Assembly: GCA_036677065.1 (NCBI GenBank)
Contig: JAKFBS010000002.1
Coordinates: forward strand, 256,001-320,000
From: Bdellovibrio sp.
GTDB lineage: Bacteria; Bdellovibrionota; Bdellovibrionia; Bdellovibrionales; Bdellovibrionaceae
Direction: 5' to 3'
Length of the DNA: 64,000 nucleotides
The position numbers and the translations under genes are program-made. Of this stretch, positions 59,473 to 64,000 are shown in pieces; positions within the stretch are counted from its first letter, which is position 1; every line of letters begins with the position of its first letter. The notes beneath the pieces are model-generated. The model had not been told where the DNA came from and made no database searches. It worked only from the letters and a program-made list of their open reading frames with translations.

Positions 59473-60857
59473 TGCCGAATAATAAATTCACCGGAAAAAT
59501 TCTATGGCGTAATCGTTTTGCGTTTTATCTTTTGGCCGTGGGCTCTGCCTGCGGTCTGGGTAATATCTGGCGATTTCCATACGTGGCTGGTGAAAATGGG
59601 GGAGGCGCTTTTATCCTTCTGTATTTATTATTGGCTTTTACTATAGGTGTTTCGATTTTAATTGCCGAACTGATGTTAGGTAAAAAATCTGAGGCCAGTC
59701 TTTTAAAAATCACTCAACGTGTTTCAACGACCCATAAAAAACCATTTTTCTGGATTTCGCGGTTAACTTTAACAATTACGGTGGTCATTCTATCGTATTA
59801 TTCGGTGATCAGCGGCTGGGTTCTGCATTATATCACGCAGTTTATCGTCGGCTTTTTTCGTGGTGATACGCTCGCGTATATTTCATCATTAAATATGAAA
59901 GTCTTAACGGATAACGGCTGGTTGCAGTTTGCTTTAGCTTCGGTGCATTTAATCGTTGCCGGGCTTATCGTAGGGCAAAGAATCACCAATCGTTTTGAGA
60001 AAATCTTAACGACATTTATTATTCCGGTGTTTGTATTTTTATTTGCGATGTTACTTGTGCGCTCGTTGTCGTTAGACTCGGCTCCTGAGGTGTTGCGTTT
60101 TATCTTTTATCCTGACTTTTCTAAATTAAACTTGCGCTCTTTAGGGCATGCCATTGGCCACGTTTTTTTCACCTTATCCATCGGCGTAGGGGCATTAGTT
60201 ACGTTTGGCTCATACTTTAAAGACGAGGATCATCTGCCTAAAGTAGGTTTTCGTGTGATGATGGTTGATATTATGATTTCGCTATTTTCGGTGTTATTAG
60301 TTTTTCCAATTGCATTTACGATTGGCGAAAAACCACTGACTGATCCCAGTTTGCTTTTTGAATCACTGCCACGTCTATTTATGAAGATTCAATTTGGCCC
60401 GCTATTTGGTTTAGCATTTTTTATCTGTCTTTGGGCTGCAGCCCTTAATGCAAGCGTTGGTTTATTAGAAACCCTGGCTTCTAACTACTCAGAAAGATAT
60501 TTAAAATCAGACCGTAAGTCTTCGATTTGGTTGATTGTTCTGATCACTTTAGGTTTTACGGTGATTCCGGCTTTTTCCGGGTCTGGGCTTAAAAATGTGA
60601 AGTTATTTGATCAGACGTTATTAGAAAATATCGATTCATTTTTGATTAATTACCTTTTGCCGATTTCGGGTTTAGGAATGATCTTTTTATTTTTCAAAGC
60701 TTTGCCTATGGCCGATCAAAAAGATTTATTCTTAGATGAAAAAACTGAATCAAGTTATGCCTTAATCAATTACTGGCAAGTGATGTTAAAATACATTGCT
60801 CCGGCATTGATCGCGCTGGGTATTATTCTACAGATCGTGGCTTTATTTAAAAATTAG
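59472..60857 (+). CDS. Sodium-dependent transporter, SNF/NSS family
   Basis: GSACGLGNIWRFPYVAGENGGGAF, FFTLSIG...TFGSY. Confidence 0.93.
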   Translation: MPNNKFTGKILWRNRFAFYLLAVGSACGLGNIWRFPYVAGENGGGAFILLYLLLAFTIGVSILIAELMLGKKSEASLLKITQRVSTTHKKPFFWISRLTLTITVVILSYYSVISGWVLHYITQFIVGFFRGDTLAYISSLNMKVLTDNGWLQFALASVHLIVAGLIVGQRITNRFEKILTTFIIPVFVFLFAMLLVRSLSLDSAPEVLRFIFYPDFSKLNLRSLGHAIGHVFFTLSIGVGALVTFGSYFKDEDHLPKVGFRVMMVDIMISLFSVLLVFPIAFTIGEKPLTDPSLLFESLPRLFMKIQFGPLFGLAFFICLWAAALNASVGLLETLASNYSERYLKSDRKSSIWLIVLITLGFTVIPAFSGSGLKNVKLFDQTLLENIDSFLINYLLPISGLGMIFLFFKALPMADQKDLFLDEKTESSYALINYWQVMLKYIAPALIALGIILQIVALFKN

Positions 60858-61632
60858 TTCCTAAAATAAAATTTATTTCGTAAATATCGCCATCTAAGTG
60901 GGGTTGGATAGCTTGCAGGTTAGGTGTTCCTGTGCCGCCTTCATCGATGAAAAAATTATTCTCGTCCGGAAATTGCACAAAGTTATAAATCGCCTGGGCG
61001 CCGAAGTAAAAGCGGCGCTGGACCAGTGGAATCTCAATGCCCGTGCCTAAGCGAAATCCGGCTACTTTATCAGGTTCGTTCGCAAAACTTTCATTTAAAT
61101 TATAAGTTCTGACAAACATGCCGGCGCCGATTAACAAGTAGGGATTCAGATCTGCTAACCCTTTGGTGACGTTGTCGGTGTTGACATAATATTTCATATG
61201 CAGATCAAAAATTTGAATATTTACAGTACCGGTGTAGGTGTTATTCGCGCTTGAAAAAGCCACGCCATGATCGCCAGTTGTGTAGCTTAAGGCTGTGGCT
61301 AAATTCAAATCAAAGAAATAACTAAACTGAACCCCATAATCGAGTGCGCCTTCATACCCTTCGGCAAAACCTTTTGTGAAATCACGATAACCCAGTAAAA
61401 GCCCCAGAGTTAAATAACGGCCATTGCGTAAAAAGTGGATATCAGCTTCTTCGTCAGTTTCTTGGTCGAACTCATTGTAATCTGAGAAAGGATCAAATGA
61501 ATCATCAGCTTCTGGAGTTGTTGTTTGAGCATAACTTGGAAGTGCCGTAAAAGTCAGAATAATAGTCAGAGTGCTGACTAAAACGAATGCAAAAGTAAGT
61601 CTAGAGATGTGGCGCAAAAGCTGTTTTTTCAT
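60847..61632 (-). CDS. Outer membrane beta-barrel protein
   Basis: Signal peptide, acidic N-terminal tract, amphipathic beta strands, terminal Phe. Confidence 0.75.
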   Translation of the reverse strand: MKKQLLRHISRLTFAFVLVSTLTIILTFTALPSYAQTTTPEADDSFDPFSDYNEFDQETDEEADIHFLRNGRYLTLGLLLGYRDFTKGFAEGYEGALDYGVQFSYFFDLNLATALSYTTGDHGVAFSSANNTYTGTVNIQIFDLHMKYYVNTDNVTKGLADLNPYLLIGAGMFVRTYNLNESFANEPDKVAGFRLGTGIEIPLVQRRFYFGAQAIYNFVQFPDENNFFIDEGGTGTPNLQAIQPHLDGDIYEINFILGTNF

Positions 61633-61741
61633 GATCAGGCTTTAAGTATGCACAAAGTGGTTTGTAAGGTTAAGTCTGGAGGCGTTAGAGATTTGAATCT
61701 TTCCATTGAGCTTGAGAGTGATGGCTGGTTTAATTTTTACT

Positions 61742-62695
61742 ATGCTCAGCTCATTGGTAATTTCATCTAGCTCAAATGCTGTAAAATATAGCTCGCTCTT
61801 TAGATCCCTTGGTGTGGATGTGTCTTTTCTTATTCTCGATCACAGCAAAAGTCTTAACTTTATGCCCTTTGAGCAGCATCGTTTTTTTCATCAGGGAATC
61901 GTTCATTACTTAAACCCTGCAGACAACACGATCTTAGCTCATAAAGAAAACTATCAACAGACTGAAGTTTTTTGTCAGCAACTCAAAGAATATTTTTTAA
62001 GTGATTTGAATTTCAAAAAAAATCAAACCACCAATCTTATGGTTGATAGTTCAACTGAGCCGATTCAGTTTTTTGATAAAGCAGATGTTGTCGATTTAAA
62101 ATATAACAAAAATCTAAAAAACATTCAGCTCGAGATTCAAAATAAAGGGTTAATCAGTTTTGATCATTTGTTTATCGAGCAAACTGACTCGTGCTTAGAG
62201 TTTGTAAAATCAAAGTCAGCAAGTTTAGTAAAGTCCGCGCTAAAATCAGACTTAATCTGGTGTTTGTATAATTATAAATTATCAGCACCGCTGGCTAATG
62301 AAGATTTTTGGTTTTTAGAGAATAAAAACTACCAATCGGTTTTTGATAATTGTTTTTACTTACAACCTAAAAATAATGAGCTTGCGGTGTGGGCTTTAAT
62401 TCCAGAACATCAGTACTTAAATCAGCAGTTTCATAATGATTTTCAGGATCGTTTGCGTCACAAAATTGAAGCTAAGTTTAGCTTTTTAAGTCTTTCGTTT
62501 GTAAACGTGTCTGAGCCTACTTTGCATTTGATGAATAGCCAAAAAGAGACTGTGGCTGAAAACACCAGAGTTTCGGGTTTTCCATGTTTTAGTTTTTATT
62601 CAAATGAAAACGTTTATGACTGGTTTAACCAATTTCTAAAAGTTTTCAATAAAAAACATAAAGTTAAAAATCCCCTTAAAGAGGCCTCATTATGA
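61742..62695 (+). CDS. Hypothetical protein, possibly a degenerate FAD-oxidoreductase fold
   Basis: Long ORF overlapping the purB start by 4 nt; start uncertain (61706 or 61742). Confidence 0.6.
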   Translation: MLSSLVISSSSNAVKYSSLFRSLGVDVSFLILDHSKSLNFMPFEQHRFFHQGIVHYLNPADNTILAHKENYQQTEVFCQQLKEYFLSDLNFKKNQTTNLMVDSSTEPIQFFDKADVVDLKYNKNLKNIQLEIQNKGLISFDHLFIEQTDSCLEFVKSKSASLVKSALKSDLIWCLYNYKLSAPLANEDFWFLENKNYQSVFDNCFYLQPKNNELAVWALIPEHQYLNQQFHNDFQDRLRHKIEAKFSFLSLSFVNVSEPTLHLMNSQKETVAENTRVSGFPCFSFYSNENVYDWFNQFLKVFNKKHKVKNPLKEASL

Positions 62696-63993
62696 TTAGT
62701 CGTTATCAAACAGAAGAAATGAAAAGTGTTTTCTTAGAAGAAAATAGATTTCATTTCATGTTGCAAGTTGAAACTGTTGTGGCCGAAGTGCAAAGCCAAA
62801 AAGGCCTGATTCCGGTAAAAGCCTATCAAGACATTAAGAAAAAAAGTCGTATTAATTTAAGCCGTATACTGGAAATTGAAAAAACAACGAAACACGATGT
62901 TATTGCTTTCGTTAGCCAGGTTGCTGAAACAGTTGGTCCAAGCGGACGGTTTATTCATTTCGGCTTAACTAGCTCAGATGTATTAGATACAGCGCTTAGT
63001 TTGCAAATGTCTGAAGCTTTTAAAGTTTTAGAGGCGGAAGTCAAAATTTTAAAAGGCACTTTAAAAAAATTAATCAAAAAACACGATAAAACAGTATGCC
63101 CAGGCCGCACCCACGGGATATTTGCTGAAATCACAACTTTTGGTTTTAAGCTTGCAGGTTATTATTCAGAAATCGCCCGCGCTGAAGAGCGTATTCAAAA
63201 AGCTCATGCGCAATTTAAAATCTGTAAACTTTCAGGCGCGGTGGGCACATCGGCATCATTTGATATGGATATCGAATCACTTGTGGCGAAAAAATTGGGT
63301 TTAACGGTAGAACCATTTGCTACACAAGTTATTCCGCGTGATCGTCATGCTGAAGTGTTTATGTCGTTAGCTTATATGGCCGCTGCACTAGAGCGTTTAG
63401 CGATTGAATTGCGTCATTTACAGCGCAGTGAAGTTTCGGAAGTTATCGAAGGTTTTACGCCTGGTCAAAAAGGCTCTTCGGCGATGCCTCATAAAAAAAA
63501 TCCAATCAGTGCCGAAAATATCACAGGTCTTGCGCGTCTGATTAAAGGTTATGCGTGGACAGCCTTTGAAAATATTCCGTTATGGCATGAACGTGATATT
63601 TCGCACTCTTCGAATGAGCGTGTTATTTTTGCTGATAGTTTTACAGCTTGTCATTATATCGTTCGTCGCATGAATTCGCTGCTTTCTGGTTTATACGTAA
63701 ACACCGATAAGATGTTACAGAATTCGCATTTACTGGGCGGAGTTTTATACAGTTCGCATTTATTGCTTCATTTGGTTGAGAAACATAATTTTTCTCGCGA
63801 AGAGGCTTATGCCGTTATTCAAAAGTTAGCTCACGGTTTAAAAGACGGTGATCATCTTAAGCAAGCCATTGTCAAAGATAAGTCAGTTAAAAAGTACTTC
63901 ACTGATAAGGATTTAAAAACCTTATTTTCTGGCGATCGCTACACCGAAGCCATTCAGCAAAGATTAAAGAAATATGAAAAAGTTATCACGTAA
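62692..63993 (+). CDS. purB: Adenylosuccinate lyase
   Basis: KHDVIAF, HFGLTSSD, GRTHG, GSSAMPHKKNP, WHERDISHSS. Confidence 0.97.
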   Translation: MISRYQTEEMKSVFLEENRFHFMLQVETVVAEVQSQKGLIPVKAYQDIKKKSRINLSRILEIEKTTKHDVIAFVSQVAETVGPSGRFIHFGLTSSDVLDTALSLQMSEAFKVLEAEVKILKGTLKKLIKKHDKTVCPGRTHGIFAEITTFGFKLAGYYSEIARAEERIQKAHAQFKICKLSGAVGTSASFDMDIESLVAKKLGLTVEPFATQVIPRDRHAEVFMSLAYMAAALERLAIELRHLQRSEVSEVIEGFTPGQKGSSAMPHKKNPISAENITGLARLIKGYAWTAFENIPLWHERDISHSSNERVIFADSFTACHYIVRRMNSLLSGLYVNTDKMLQNSHLLGGVLYSSHLLLHLVEKHNFSREEAYAVIQKLAHGLKDGDHLKQAIVKDKSVKKYFTDKDLKTLFSGDRYTEAIQQRLKKYEKVIT

Positions 63994-64000
63994 GCCATCT

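Overview
AT-rich (roughly 40% GC by eye) bacterial chromosomal window, most consistent with a predatory Bdellovibrionaceae-like organism (inference from two giant trimeric fibre adhesins with C-terminal S74 chaperone domains and from overall gene content). Left: two paralogous mosaic fibre adhesins flanking a hemerythrin gene, nnrD, a dsbB/dsbA/mutM operon and fadE. Middle: a de novo purine cluster (purEK divergent from NUDIX-purFCDNLQHM). This is followed on the opposite strand by a tightly coupled four-gene operon (DUF4956 membrane protein, HlyD-like adaptor fused to a beta-propeller, TolC-like protein, VTC polyphosphate-polymerase domain). It has no ABC ATPase and is the best candidate for an undescribed system, possibly coupled polyphosphate synthesis and export. 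Right: housekeeping genes (rny with a degenerate KH loop, pgsA, glpX, tilS-ftsH-dacA-cdaR-glmM-pdxJ-tsaE, iscS-mnmA-mtaB-rnc-era-der, purB). Three genes share an identical sigma28-like promoter geometry that implies leaderless mRNAs. I saw no tRNA, rRNA, CRISPR array or mobile element. All family calls come from motif recognition by eye, not from database searches.
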